From the IMG/VR virus record IMGVR_UViG_3300017761_005195: a DNA stretch of 20,000 bases; one strand, written 5' to 3'. The position numbers and the translations under genes were made by a program. Numbering within the stretch: position 1 is the stretch's first letter; each line of letters begins with the position of its first letter. The notes under the pieces are model-generated. The model saw nothing but the letters and a program-made list of their open reading frames with translations. It was not told where the DNA came from and did no database searches. The DNA is from an uncultured virus (IMG/VR IMGVR_UViG_3300017761_005195) (taxonomy: Duplodnaviria; Heunggongvirae; Uroviricota; Caudoviricetes). Below, one piece after another: positions 6,855-14,784 of the stretch.

Positions 6855-7349
6855 TTATTCCCAGCTGTCTCGTACTGGTCTTCCTCTGTCTCTCCACTCT
6901 TTATCAGCTTTTACACTCTTACCTGGAATGACTTTACCATTTGACCATTTCTCCCATACATCACCATTGAGCTGATATACCTCTACTCCACTAACGTTAA
7001 CCTTATTCTTAAAATCATTAACTATAGTATCATAATCACCAGGTCCTCTAAACTCTGGTAGGTCAGGGAAAGTATCATGAACGATTCCAAAGATTCCATC
7101 AGGTTGAAATCCTTTACCTCCCATTCCAAGTGGAACTTTAACACCAAATTCTGAGTTTAGTTCTGACTTACTTATCATATCTACATTTTTTTGATTTTCA
7201 CTAGGTATTCTTAACTTATCAAAAATCACCTTCTTACAAGCAAGTTCAAAACTATACTCATTATCACGACTTTCTTGTCCACCAAATTCGTCATAGGCAC
7301 TACCACCCTGAGCCTCATTAACAAACTTATTGAATTTCTTAATAATCAT
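6855..7349 (-). CDS. Hypothetical protein, 164 aa, MIIKKFNKFVNE N-terminus
   Basis: ORF track; TAAATATATA upstream (7369-7378). Confidence 0.85.
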   Translation of the reverse strand: MIIKKFNKFVNEAQGGSAYDEFGGQESRDNEYSFELACKKVIFDKLRIPSENQKNVDMISKSELNSEFGVKVPLGMGGKGFQPDGIFGIVHDTFPDLPEFRGPGDYDTIVNDFKNKVNVSGVEVYQLNGDVWEKWSNGKVIPGKSVKADKEWRDRGRPVRDSWE

Positions 7350-7418
7350 ATATTGTTATATTTTTTTTTATATATTTAATTGAAAAAACAGATTATTTAA
7401 TTCTAATATAGAATGTTT

Positions 7419-7646
7419 TTATGAGTTTTTTATTTCTGATAATTTGCTTATAACATTATCAATTACACCTTTACAAAAATCTCTTTCCAAAGTTAATGTA
7501 AGTGCTTGTTCAGCATCTATTCCAACGCCATTTGACGCTCTTTCAATTATTTGTTCATCTGTAAGCATTCCAAATTCTGCAAGATGCTTCATCAAGTCAT
7601 TTTGCGTTGGAAATAGTTTTCCTAATATGTGTCCACTTTCATTCAT
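7419..7646 (-). CDS. Hypothetical protein, 75 aa
   Basis: ORF track. Confidence 0.7.
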   Translation of the reverse strand: MNESGHILGKLFPTQNDLMKHLAEFGMLTDEQIIERASNGVGIDAEQALTLTLERDFCKGVIDNVISKLSEIKNS

Positions 7647-7733
7647 ATTTGATTTGGTTTTAATTTACTAAATTAAAAATTAGAGGCATCTACTAATAGT
7701 TTATCTAAATAGTCTTTAGTAAAAAACTCTTCA

Positions 7734-7928
7734 TCACTCATAATTACATTTATCACATATTCGCTCTCTAACATCATAAGTTAGATTTTCTTCATTCTCT
7801 TGAATTGTGAGTTCCAACCCACAAACACAGCACATAACATCAGATAAACTCAATTTTTTATCGAGCAATCCAACTCTATTCAAGTGCTGATTTAACCAAT
7901 TGTTTTTGTAATATATTTTCTTTTCCAT
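7734..7928 (-). CDS. Hypothetical protein with CxxC...CxxC (possible zinc ribbon); start inside attC-like site 20
   Basis: ORF track (start moved to MEKKIYY); CCVCG and ICDKC motifs. Confidence 0.65.
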   Translation of the reverse strand: MEKKIYYKNNWLNQHLNRVGLLDKKLSLSDVMCCVCGLELTIQENEENLTYDVRERICDKCNYE

Positions 7929-7961
7929 AATAAAAACTGAGTTTATCTGCAACCGTTATAA
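7832..7961 (+). repeat. attC-like site 20 (family D-related)
   Basis: TAAC-at-CAGATAAACTCAATTTTT...AAAAACTGAGTTTATCTG-caacc-GTTA. Confidence 0.8.
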
Positions 7962-7977
7962 GTAATAAAAACTAAAA

Positions 7978-8199
7978 TTAAACTACCCCAACTTTATATA
8001 TAGTTCTATTACCTAAATTTTCTTTTGAAAAACTTTTAATTACATCATTATTTTTGTGTGAAATAGCTTCCACATCCGAATTGTTTTTAAATTCTTCTAA
8101 CACTTTACTTAATCTGTTAAAATATATTTGATTCCACAAAAATATACTAGTCCATCGTAAGTTTTTCAAAATAAAATCTGTTAATTTAGTTCTTTTCAT
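7978..8199 (-). CDS. Hypothetical protein, 73 aa; two-gene cassette
   Basis: ORF track; cassette ends GTTATAAGTAATAAAAACTAAAA / TTTTAGTTTTTACTACTTATAAC. Confidence 0.7.
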   Translation of the reverse strand: MKRTKLTDFILKNLRWTSIFLWNQIYFNRLSKVLEEFKNNSDVEAISHKNNDVIKSFSKENLGNRTIYKVGVV

Positions 8200-8216
8200 T
8201 TGTTCAATTTTTAAAA

Positions 8217-8432
8217 TTATTTACCATATATACTATTAACAAAAACTCTATTAGCACCTATTGTAAGTGATAGTTGATTTTGTTCTTTCATGAGTGTCTC
8301 AAATTGATTTTCTATTTTTAATCTATCTGAATTACTTTTTAACATATTAACCAATTTTTCCAACTCTATATCTCTTTTTGAAGTTAGAAAATCAATTTGT
8401 TCATTGTAATTTAATTCGAGTTTTTGTTCCAT
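8217..8432 (-). CDS. Hypothetical protein, 71 aa; two-gene cassette
   Basis: ORF track. Confidence 0.7.
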   Translation of the reverse strand: MEQKLELNYNEQIDFLTSKRDIELEKLVNMLKSNSDRLKIENQFETLMKEQNQLSLTIGANRVFVNSIYGK

Positions 8433-8459
8433 TTATATAATTTTTTTAGTTTTTACTAC

Positions 8460-8497
8460 TTATAACAACAAATATAAGAAATAAATCTTACTTTGTT
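8460..8497 (+). repeat. Truncated attC-like site (left half of family C)
   Basis: TAACAACAAATATAAGAAATAAATCTTACTTTGT matches site 9, then the match stops. Confidence 0.75.
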
Positions 8498-8606
8498 TAA
8501 GTTCTGTAATCATATTATTTATTTTTCTAAAACCGCCACTTTTATAAAAAGTCTTTAGTAAAGGTAAGGAAATATTCTATCAATTCCAAATTTATTTTCC
8601 TGTATA

Positions 8607-8741
8607 TTATTCATATATATCAAAGGCATCAATACCAACCATAGGGTCAAAATCTTCTTTAATATTTTCACTACTTCTAACATCAGATATATTCAATTCT
8701 GAGTTCTCGTTAAATCTTTTTATATGTTTTAAATCTTTCAT
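8607..8741 (-). CDS. Short ORF, 44 aa, MKDLKHIKRFNENSELNISDVRSS... on a relic family D site (possibly a remnant)
   Basis: Manual translation; 8670-8780 is homologous to 3203-3316 but lacks the right arm and GTT. Confidence 0.55.
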   Translation of the reverse strand: MKDLKHIKRFNENSELNISDVRSSENIKEDFDPMVGIDAFDIYE

Positions 8742-8835
8742 CTCCTTTATTACATTTTATGTATATATTAAAAGAAAACCCAACAAATGTTTATCCGAAA
8801 TAGATTTTAATATATAATGAAAATTGAAAAACTTT

Positions 8836-9477
8836 ATGAAGTATTTACAAAAATTTGAAAATTTTGATTCTACAAACGAGGAAATAAATCTCAAAAAGGC
8901 TTTAATTGGAGGGGCTATGGCCGGTGCTATTGGATATGGAGTTTATCAAACCTCTCAGATAAATAAATTTGCTAAATTAGAAGATACTGAAGTTATATCA
9001 GGAATGAAGTTTAATCAATATGATGTTTATGTAAATGATAAAACATTTAACTTAAATATATCAGAAGATGGTATTATTTCAGCAGAATGGTCTGAAGAGG
9101 ATGAAAAAAATACTAACACATATAATTGTATAACTATACCAAATAAAACTCAAAAAATATGGATATCTTCAAATATGGATATGGATAATGGAATTTTTGT
9201 AAGTGGGAAACCAATTCCAGGTAGTGAAAGTATTTCTATTTCTGATTTAGATATTTATGACCAATCAGAAACTTATATAATTTATGAATCTCCTATGTTT
9301 TCTTCTGTTAATTATATTATTATGAATAAAGAACATAAACAAGGAGAAGATTTTGAGATTGAAAATAAAATGGGAAAATATATTTGTGATGAGTTAGATT
9401 CAAAAATATATATTTTCACCTTTAAAAGCTTCGGTGATGGGTCAATGGGTGGTGCTGGATCGGAAAGTGATTATTAA
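8836..9477 (+). CDS. Hypothetical protein, ~213 aa, MKYLQKFENF N-terminus, Gly/Ala-rich hydrophobic segment, FGDGSMGGAGS C-terminus
   Basis: ORF track (ATG at 8836); TTAATATATA at 8807-8816. Confidence 0.85.
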   Translation: MKYLQKFENFDSTNEEINLKKALIGGAMAGAIGYGVYQTSQINKFAKLEDTEVISGMKFNQYDVYVNDKTFNLNISEDGIISAEWSEEDEKNTNTYNCITIPNKTQKIWISSNMDMDNGIFVSGKPIPGSESISISDLDIYDQSETYIIYESPMFSSVNYIIMNKEHKQGEDFEIENKMGKYICDELDSKIYIFTFKSFGDGSMGGAGSESDY

Positions 9478-9481
9478 AATA

Positions 9482-9503
9482 TAACAAATGATAAACAACA
9501 TTA
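9482..9503 (+). repeat. Relic left half of a family A attC-like site
   Basis: TAACAAATGATAAACAACATTA identical to sites 1, 2 and 7; right arm absent. Confidence 0.7.
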
Positions 9504-9525
9504 GGAAAATAATTATCTTTGTAAA

Positions 9526-9792
9526 ATGGAATATGAGAAGAATAAAATACAGGAATTAGAGGGGGAGATTTTTGAGATGGAATCTATTCTTAGGGACAAT
9601 AGAGATAAGGAAAGAATTTATCAAGAGATATTATCTGATATCAATAGTTCCATTATTAATTTATTTAAGAGAGAAGAAGAGAATATAAGATTTAATTTTG
9701 GGGAAGAGATTGATTATCGTCAGTGCATGATTGGAATTAAAGAATATTTGGATAATATTAAATCTGTGTATAAGGGAAAGATTAATTTTTAA
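9526..9792 (+). CDS. Hypothetical protein, 88 aa
   Basis: ORF track; TATCTTTG at 9514-9521. Confidence 0.8.
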   Translation: MEYEKNKIQELEGEIFEMESILRDNRDKERIYQEILSDINSSIINLFKREEENIRFNFGEEIDYRQCMIGIKEYLDNIKSVYKGKINF

Positions 9793-9826
9793 TGGAGTTT
9801 GTGTAAACCACCGACCACCCGAAAAT

Positions 9827-10219
9827 CTATATTACACTTAATAATTTTAATAATCCATCAAACTGATCACATAAGTAATATTTTTGATCAACACTGTGGT
9901 AAGAAGGTTCTCTACCAGAAACTGAGACTTTCAAATCTATATTAATAGTAATAACTTTAAACCATTCATCTTCCATAGAACTTATTTCAATTTTAATACC
10001 CATTCTAGTTCTAGGTATTGATTCTTTATGGAAAACAATAGTTTTTGATTCTGAGGCTGAAGTATACCAATCTAGGAAACCTTTTTTTTCCATAATTTCA
10101 ATTATTTTATTTAGTTCAGTATCATTCCAAATGGAAATAACCCCAAATTTAATACATTGGTCACGATCAACTTCTTTATATTCACCACCAAATGATTCAA
10201 ATAACTTCAAATGTTTCAT
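9827..10219 (-). CDS. Hypothetical protein, 130 aa, MKHLKLFE N-terminus; paralog of 10216-10593
   Basis: ORF track; shared DE(W/Y)F and Y..DQ.DGLLKLL motifs. Confidence 0.85.
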   Translation of the reverse strand: MKHLKLFESFGGEYKEVDRDQCIKFGVISIWNDTELNKIIEIMEKKGFLDWYTSASESKTIVFHKESIPRTRMGIKIEISSMEDEWFKVITINIDLKVSVSGREPSYHSVDQKYYLCDQFDGLLKLLSVI

Positions 10220-10593
10220 AGTTTATCATTTAATAATTTTAATAATCCATCTATTTGATCTGCTTTATAAAAAGTAGATGAAGATATTGGAAAACGATTT
10301 GCTAGTCTATCAACATTAAACCCAAATAAAAAATATTCATCTTTTATTTTATAAATAAGTGATAACCCAACCCCACTTACATTTGTATTAAGCGTAAGTT
10401 CATATACCTCATTATCTAAATCTATCACCTTAGGCGCTTTTAACTTTGTATTAGTCTCATCACATATAGATTTTATGATTTCTATTTCTCTATTAGTAAA
10501 TGGTAATATATCATCTTGAGATTCCAAAAAATAATCTTCTGGAATTTCTTCATAATAATCTTTCGATTCATTAAATTTTTTCAAATGTTTCAC
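10216..10593 (-). CDS. Hypothetical protein, GTG start (M)KHLKKFNE; paralog of 9827-10219
   Basis: ORF track, start moved to the GTG at 10593 downstream of TTTATATATA (10614-10623); ATGA overlap with the next gene. Confidence 0.85.
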   Translation of the reverse strand: MKHLKKFNESKDYYEEIPEDYFLESQDDILPFTNREIEIIKSICDETNTKLKAPKVIDLDNEVYELTLNTNVSGVGLSLIYKIKDEYFLFGFNVDRLANRFPISSSTFYKADQIDGLLKLLNDKL

Positions 10594-10804
10594 CTTTGTA
10601 TTATAGTTTGATTTATATATAAATTTAACAAAAACCAATTATTTAATCCTACCCAGGTTGATTTATTTTATCTGATTGATACAAAGTATAACCTAAACTA
10701 ATTCATTTGACTGGCGACCCCTTTCTGAAAGAAATAGTCACTCTTTGACTCCCTCGGTAGAGGGTAGAGGTGATTTGTAGATATGTGTTAGTTAGAAGTA
10801 ATGA

Positions 10805-11134
10805 TTAGACACCATCAGTTGGGTCTATACCCAAAAATATACAAATTCTGTATGATGTATCTGACCAAATACCTAAACCTCTATCAACATCGTTCATAAA
10901 TTGTTGCAATTCACCCTTTGTGAGTGTAATAGTATCACTACTTCTAACATCAGATATATTCAAGTTTCCCAATACCTCACTTTTTGTGGGTTTCATAACT
11001 TCACCACCACCCATTTCTGGCTTTAGATTGTCAATCATATAAGGTCTTAATTTTCTACCTGTTGGAACTTCTGGTACTTGTCCAGAACCTTCCGCTGATT
11101 GGAATGTAGCTTCAAATGTCTTTAGGTGTTTCAT
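10805..11134 (-). CDS. Hypothetical protein, 109 aa, MKHLKTFE N-terminus, C-terminal half derived from a cassette relic
   Basis: ORF track; internal NLNISDVRSS motif. Confidence 0.8.
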   Translation of the reverse strand: MKHLKTFEATFQSAEGSGQVPEVPTGRKLRPYMIDNLKPEMGGGEVMKPTKSEVLGNLNISDVRSSDTITLTKGELQQFMNDVDRGLGIWSDTSYRICIFLGIDPTDGV

Positions 11135-11155
11135 TCTTTATAGTTTAATTTTAAT

Positions 11156-11199
11156 TATATATTAAAACAGAAAAACCCAATTATTTATTTTAATATATA
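11156..11199. promoter_or_regulatory. Divergent pair of TTAATATATA motifs (putative phage-specific promoter); representative of ~14 copies
   Basis: Motif recurs ~10-30 bp upstream of MKHLKxF(N)E-type genes. Confidence 0.6.
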
Positions 11200-11653
11200 A
11201 TTATAGTTATTTAGTTAGAAAAGTAGCATCAGCACAAATAAGTCCACTGGCATAGATAAGTCTGAGTAATGTGAAAAGTAAAATAGAATAACTTGGGAGG
11301 CAATGGGATAAATGGTTTAAGGGCGACATCGGATTGTGTTATCTGAGTATTGTCTTTAAAACCAAAATAAAAGGTTCTGGGAGGTTTTAATAGTTAAGTG
11401 ATAGTGAGTGTGGTTTTAATGATTTGAGTTGAATGTGAGTTGATTGTGGAAGTCTGGTAAGGTTTTATGAAGATGGGTTGAAAATTATTGGTTAATTATA
11501 AATGTGAAACGCCTGTTTAGGGTTTCTTTGATTTGGCACTGGGAGGTTTATAAATGAAAAAAATGGTATAAAAGTCATAACAGGAAAAGTATGCTCTATC
11601 CAATTCTCTTTAAAAAAAGAGATTAAAGTTGGAATGATTTTTTATTGCCTAAA

Positions 11654-12007
11654 TTAATTTAGTATATCTTCAATAATATCATCTCTAAGCAAATGTGCTT
11701 TTGATTTTACCAAATGATCGATTGGTGTTTGGTAGAAGTCATTTTTATAGGATTTAAGTGATTTAATAATCTTATATTCAAGTTCTTCTGAATTTTCTAT
11801 TAGTTTACCAAGGGCTCCGCGATTCCAACACCTTCCATGGAAAAATCCTTGCTGGTGGCGCATATCATCATCCATTGGATAACCATAATATAATCTACCT
11901 TTAGTTGTGGAACCTAATCTACCATCAAAGCAGAAAATTCCTTCATTGGTGGTTATTTTTATAGTTCCACCATCTCTATACATATCAAATCCTTTAATTT
12001 CAATCAT
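11654..12007 (-). CDS. Hypothetical protein, 117 aa
   Basis: ORF track. Confidence 0.8.
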   Translation of the reverse strand: MIEIKGFDMYRDGGTIKITTNEGIFCFDGRLGSTTKGRLYYGYPMDDDMRHQQGFFHGRCWNRGALGKLIENSEELEYKIIKSLKSYKNDFYQTPIDHLVKSKAHLLRDDIIEDILN

Positions 12008-12013
12008 TTTATT

Positions 12014-12172
12014 TTATCTTGTTTCAATCCAATTAACAAATTTACTATAGGTTCCTCTTCCATATTTAGTTTTAATATCTCTGTATGCCAGGTCCAAAGC
12101 AATTCTATCATCGTGACCAAATTCAATGTGTTGGTCTTTCATTTTATCTAAGTAATCTAATATCTCGTTCAT
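12014..12172 (-). CDS. Hypothetical protein, 52 aa (MNEILDYLDKMKDQHIEFG...)
   Basis: Manual translation; tightly packed in operon. Confidence 0.65.
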   Translation of the reverse strand: MNEILDYLDKMKDQHIEFGHDDRIALDLAYRDIKTKYGRGTYSKFVNWIETR

Positions 12173-12175
12173 AAA

Positions 12176-12334
12176 TTAAATAAGTCCTTTTTCTTTTAAC
12201 ATATTTACAATTCTTTTTGCTGCATCATCAATAGAATTTGGATCTACATCCACATCATCTGAATAGGGTACATTTCTTGTATACACCTCATCACTAATTA
12301 TATCTGCTATCATATACATTAAATCATTTTCCAT
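12176..12334 (-). CDS. Hypothetical protein, 52 aa (MENDLMYMIADIISDEVY...)
   Basis: Manual translation; TACCTTTG box at 12339-12346. Confidence 0.7.
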   Translation of the reverse strand: MENDLMYMIADIISDEVYTRNVPYSDDVDVDPNSIDDAAKRIVNMLKEKGLI

Positions 12335-12338
12335 AAGA

Positions 12339-12370
12339 CAAAGGTAGTCATTTGGTTTGAGAGTTCCAAA
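12339..12370 (-). promoter_or_regulatory. Bacteroidota sigma70-type promoter (-7 TAnnTTTG with upstream TTTGG); representative of ~8 copies
   Basis: TA(C/T)CTTTG boxes at 2345, 6759, 12339, 13714, 14129, 17167, 18403 (minus) and 9514 (plus), each shortly before a gene or RNA. Confidence 0.7.
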
Positions 12371-12411
12371 TTTATTAAAGATAAGGTTATTGTTGAAAAC
12401 CTAATAAAAAG

Positions 12412-12497
12412 ACCACTGGTGGGATTTGAACCCCAAAGACCTTGCGTATCGGTCACCCTCCTGTTCGTCCGTTCCAAACGTAACTTACATCAGTGGT
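12412..12497 (-). ncRNA. Degenerate tRNA-like element
   Basis: Minus strand ACCACTG...GGG-TTCAAAT-CCC-AC-CAGTGGT (acceptor-like and T-arm-like parts); no clear D or anticodon arm. Confidence 0.45.
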
Positions 12498-12553
12498 TTT
12501 TAATCAATAGGGGGATTACGAATCCCTAGAACAGGTACTCCTATTGAAGTTTG

Positions 12554-12656
12554 TAGTCAGGACAGGATTCGAACCTGCGGTCATCAGGGTATAGGTACTA
12601 GGTTACCACCCCTCAGACTCTTCCTAGTTAGCGTTAGCCCACTCCGCCACCTGACT
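12554..12656 (-). ncRNA. tRNA-like RNA, AGTCAGG family copy 1 (103 nt, expanded middle)
   Basis: AGTCAGG-TG-GCG..CGC...GCAGG-TTCGAAT-CCTGT-CCTGACT. Confidence 0.7.
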
Positions 12657-12663
12657 ATACCTT

Positions 12664-13110
12664 TTACTTTTTAATCAAGTCTGCAATCAATCTACTTTTT
12701 TCAATCATTGAAAGCTTACCATCATCTAGTAATTTTAAAGTTTGATAAACTTTAAACTCATCCTCTGAAAAGTTTTCAGATCCTGTTTCTTTCATCCAAT
12801 CAATTTTTGATTGAACAGTGTCTAGGTTTGTTTTTGCATCTGAGAGTTCTTTTTCAAGTTCTTTCATTCCCAAGTTAAATACAACCATTTCACATTCATA
12901 AGCCCATCCACAACCTCCACCAAAAGAATTATATACTAACCAACCTTGTAGTTGCCCTGATGGCTCTCCTACCGTATATACTTCCCCATTTCCGAGATGT
13001 GCGTTATTAGATGTTTTAGATTTACTAGCTACCAATTTTACCTTTTTACCTTTCATTATTTTTTCTTTTTTGTTTATTTTGTTAAGTAAGTTATTAAAAA
13101 ATTTATTCAT
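12664..13110 (-). CDS. Hypothetical protein, up to 148 aa, with predicted coiled-coil segment
   Basis: ORF track. Confidence 0.8.
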   Translation of the reverse strand: MNKFFNNLLNKINKKEKIMKGKKVKLVASKSKTSNNAHLGNGEVYTVGEPSGQLQGWLVYNSFGGGCGWAYECEMVVFNLGMKELEKELSDAKTNLDTVQSKIDWMKETGSENFSEDEFKVYQTLKLLDDGKLSMIEKSRLIADLIKK

Positions 13111-13150
13111 TTGTTATTTTTTTTTATTGTAGTGAACTTCGTGAACTCAG

Positions 13151-13227
13151 TAGTCAGGACAGGATTCGAACCTGTGGTTTTAGGTACGTTTTAAATGACC
13201 CTGCGTCTACCATTTCGCCACCTGACT
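13151..13227 (-). tRNA. tRNA-like RNA, AGTCAGG family copy 2 (77 nt; possible Leu-TAA loop, imperfect anticodon stem)
   Basis: D arm GGCGAAATGGTAGACGC, loop TTTAAAA, T arm ACAGG-TTCGAAT-CCTGT. Confidence 0.65.
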
Positions 13228-13239
13228 ATATTGTTATTT

Positions 13240-13446
13240 TCAATTTCTATTAATAAACTCATTATAAAGTTTTTCTTCATTATCTGTTAGATAATCCATT
13301 TTACCCAACCATTGAAAGACTTCTTTTATTGTATGACCATTTACTGATTTTGTCATACGTTCTTTATATTCTCTGGATGAATTTTTAAATTCGTGACCAC
13401 ACTCACAAGGAGTTGACCAACATTCTACACAATCTGATAATGCCAT
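13240..13446 (-). CDS. Hypothetical protein, 68 aa, N-terminal Cys cluster (CxxCxxxxCxC)
   Basis: ORF track. Confidence 0.8.
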   Translation of the reverse strand: MALSDCVECWSTPCECGHEFKNSSREYKERMTKSVNGHTIKEVFQWLGKMDYLTDNEEKLYNEFINRN

Positions 13447-13461
13447 ATTTTAATATTTTTG

Positions 13462-13583
13462 TAGTCAGGACAGGATTCGAACCTGTAATCCACCATTGAT
13501 GGTTTCGTACTTACTTTTCATATAGTCGTCACACTATAAAGGACTTACTCATTGCCTTGCGTTTACCATTTCGCCACCTGACT
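13462..13583 (-). ncRNA. tRNA-like RNA, AGTCAGG family copy 3 (122 nt, expanded middle)
   Basis: Same acceptor, D and T arms as copy 2; unrelated middle with hairpins. Confidence 0.7.
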
Positions 13584-13589
13584 AAATTT

Positions 13590-13680
13590 GAGGATGAGAA
13601 GTCCTCTGTGTTGTAGAAGATTACACATCTATTCTTCTCTTTGCATTCCAGTTTCATTCCTTTCTCAAGGGAACAACACA
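13590..13680 (-). ncRNA. Candidate structured RNA with loop-loop pseudoknot
   Basis: TGTGTTGT/ACAACACA closing stem; hairpin loops TTGAGAA and CTTCTCA are complementary; lies downstream of the TACCTTTG box at 13714-13721. Confidence 0.55.
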
Positions 13681-13746
13681 TTTTTTTAATTCCTCTCCTC
13701 TAATTCAACAACACAAAGGTAATACAATTACCCAGATTAACCAAAT

Positions 13747-14124
13747 TTATTTAGAATTTTTTACAATTTCAATCAATTTAATTAAACAAGCAAGTTCTGC
13801 TTCTTCTGGAGTATTAAAATCCAAATGAGTTGCTATAGGATTTTTATTTGGTATATCATCTATATAAAATGAGAAAGTAGTCCACATATTTGTACTAATG
13901 ATATTACTATGTAAACCATATACCTCTCTAAACCAACGGAAGGCTTGTTGGTAAAGTGGAACAGAAACAAAATATTCAGATAATGGTTTGGATTGGTTCC
14001 AATCAAACCAATCTTTTTGGTCGAAATATTTTCCAATACCATTCCAGTATTTTAAACAAGGTTCATCAAAACCAAGTTCTTTCAAAGCTACTGATTGTTC
14101 GTAAGGTATAAATTCTTTATTCAT
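13747..14124 (-). CDS. Hypothetical phage-type protein (MNKEFIPYEQSVALKELGFDEPC...PLYQQAFRWFRE)
   Basis: ORF track, start moved to the ATG at 14124 behind the TATCTTTG box (14129-14136). Confidence 0.85.
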   Translation of the reverse strand: MNKEFIPYEQSVALKELGFDEPCLKYWNGIGKYFDQKDWFDWNQSKPLSEYFVSVPLYQQAFRWFREVYGLHSNIISTNMWTTFSFYIDDIPNKNPIATHLDFNTPEEAELACLIKLIEIVKNSK

Positions 14125-14190
14125 ACCACAAAGATATAACAATAAAACAGAATAACCAAATATATTTAATAAAATTCGATTAATCATAAT

Positions 14191-14214
14191 AAAAAGATGG
14201 GAAAATATCCCATC
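14191..14214 (-). terminator. Intrinsic terminator
   Basis: Minus strand GATGGGA-tattt-TCCCATC followed by TTTTT, directly after ORF 14226-14759. Confidence 0.7.
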
Positions 14215-14225
14215 AATTCTAAATT

Positions 14226-14759
14226 TTATAAATACCTATACAAATCATCTGGTAGATCCGATTTGGTCATGCCTAAAAGTCTCATAATAGATTTTACAAA
14301 CTTTTTCTTATCTTCATCTGTTCCATCTATAAGTTTTTCTAATTCTATAATCTTATTATATTGTTTTTCTGGATAATCGTCTTTTAGTTTTTTAGTATCA
14401 TCTATTAATTTTTTAGCCTTAGTCTTAAAACTCTCATTAACAATTTGTTCATTAAATCCTTCTTCAAACTCACCTTCCATTCCTGGTTCTTCAAACTCAC
14501 CTTCCATTTCTGGTTCTTCAAACTCACCTTCCATTCCTGGTTCTTCAAACTCACCTTCCATTCCTGGTTCTTCAAACTCACCTTCCATTCCTTCTTCTCC
14601 GAATGTATGATCAAAAGGTTTTTTTGAGACAGTTGGATTATCTTCTTTTTGTTGTTTTGACTTTCTTCTTTCTTCTTCTTGATTCGCTAAGTTTTGTGCA
14701 TTCTTTAATAATACAGATTGCATAGTTTCTAAGAAAGTTTCATAATTTAATATTTTCAC
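14226..14759 (-). CDS. Acidic repeat-containing hypothetical protein, 177 aa, (M)KILNYETFLE N-terminus
   Basis: ORF track; five MEGEFEE repeats. Confidence 0.85.
   Translation of the reverse strand: MKILNYETFLETMQSVLLKNAQNLANQEEERRKSKQQKEDNPTVSKKPFDHTFGEEGMEGEFEEPGMEGEFEEPGMEGEFEEPEMEGEFEEPGMEGEFEEGFNEQIVNESFKTKAKKLIDDTKKLKDDYPEKQYNKIIELEKLIDGTDEDKKKFVKSIMRLLGMTKSDLPDDLYRYL
14461..14592. repeat. 27-bp in-frame tandem repeat, ~5 copies
   Basis: TCTTCAAACTCACCTTCCATTCCTGGT unit, encoding PGMEGEFEE. Confidence 0.95.
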
Positions 14760-14784
14760 TACTAAATTTATTTTTTAGTATATA

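Noticed and set aside
7440..7720. Additional attC-like site at GCTTATAACATTATC (7446-7460)
   Set aside because: It resembles a left box (encodes IDNVISK), but I found no matching right arm or GTT, so it is at most a relic.
13860..14614. Alternative-frame minus ORFs 13860-14042 and 14405-14614
   Set aside because: Fully nested in longer ORFs; the second is open only because of the 27-bp repeat.
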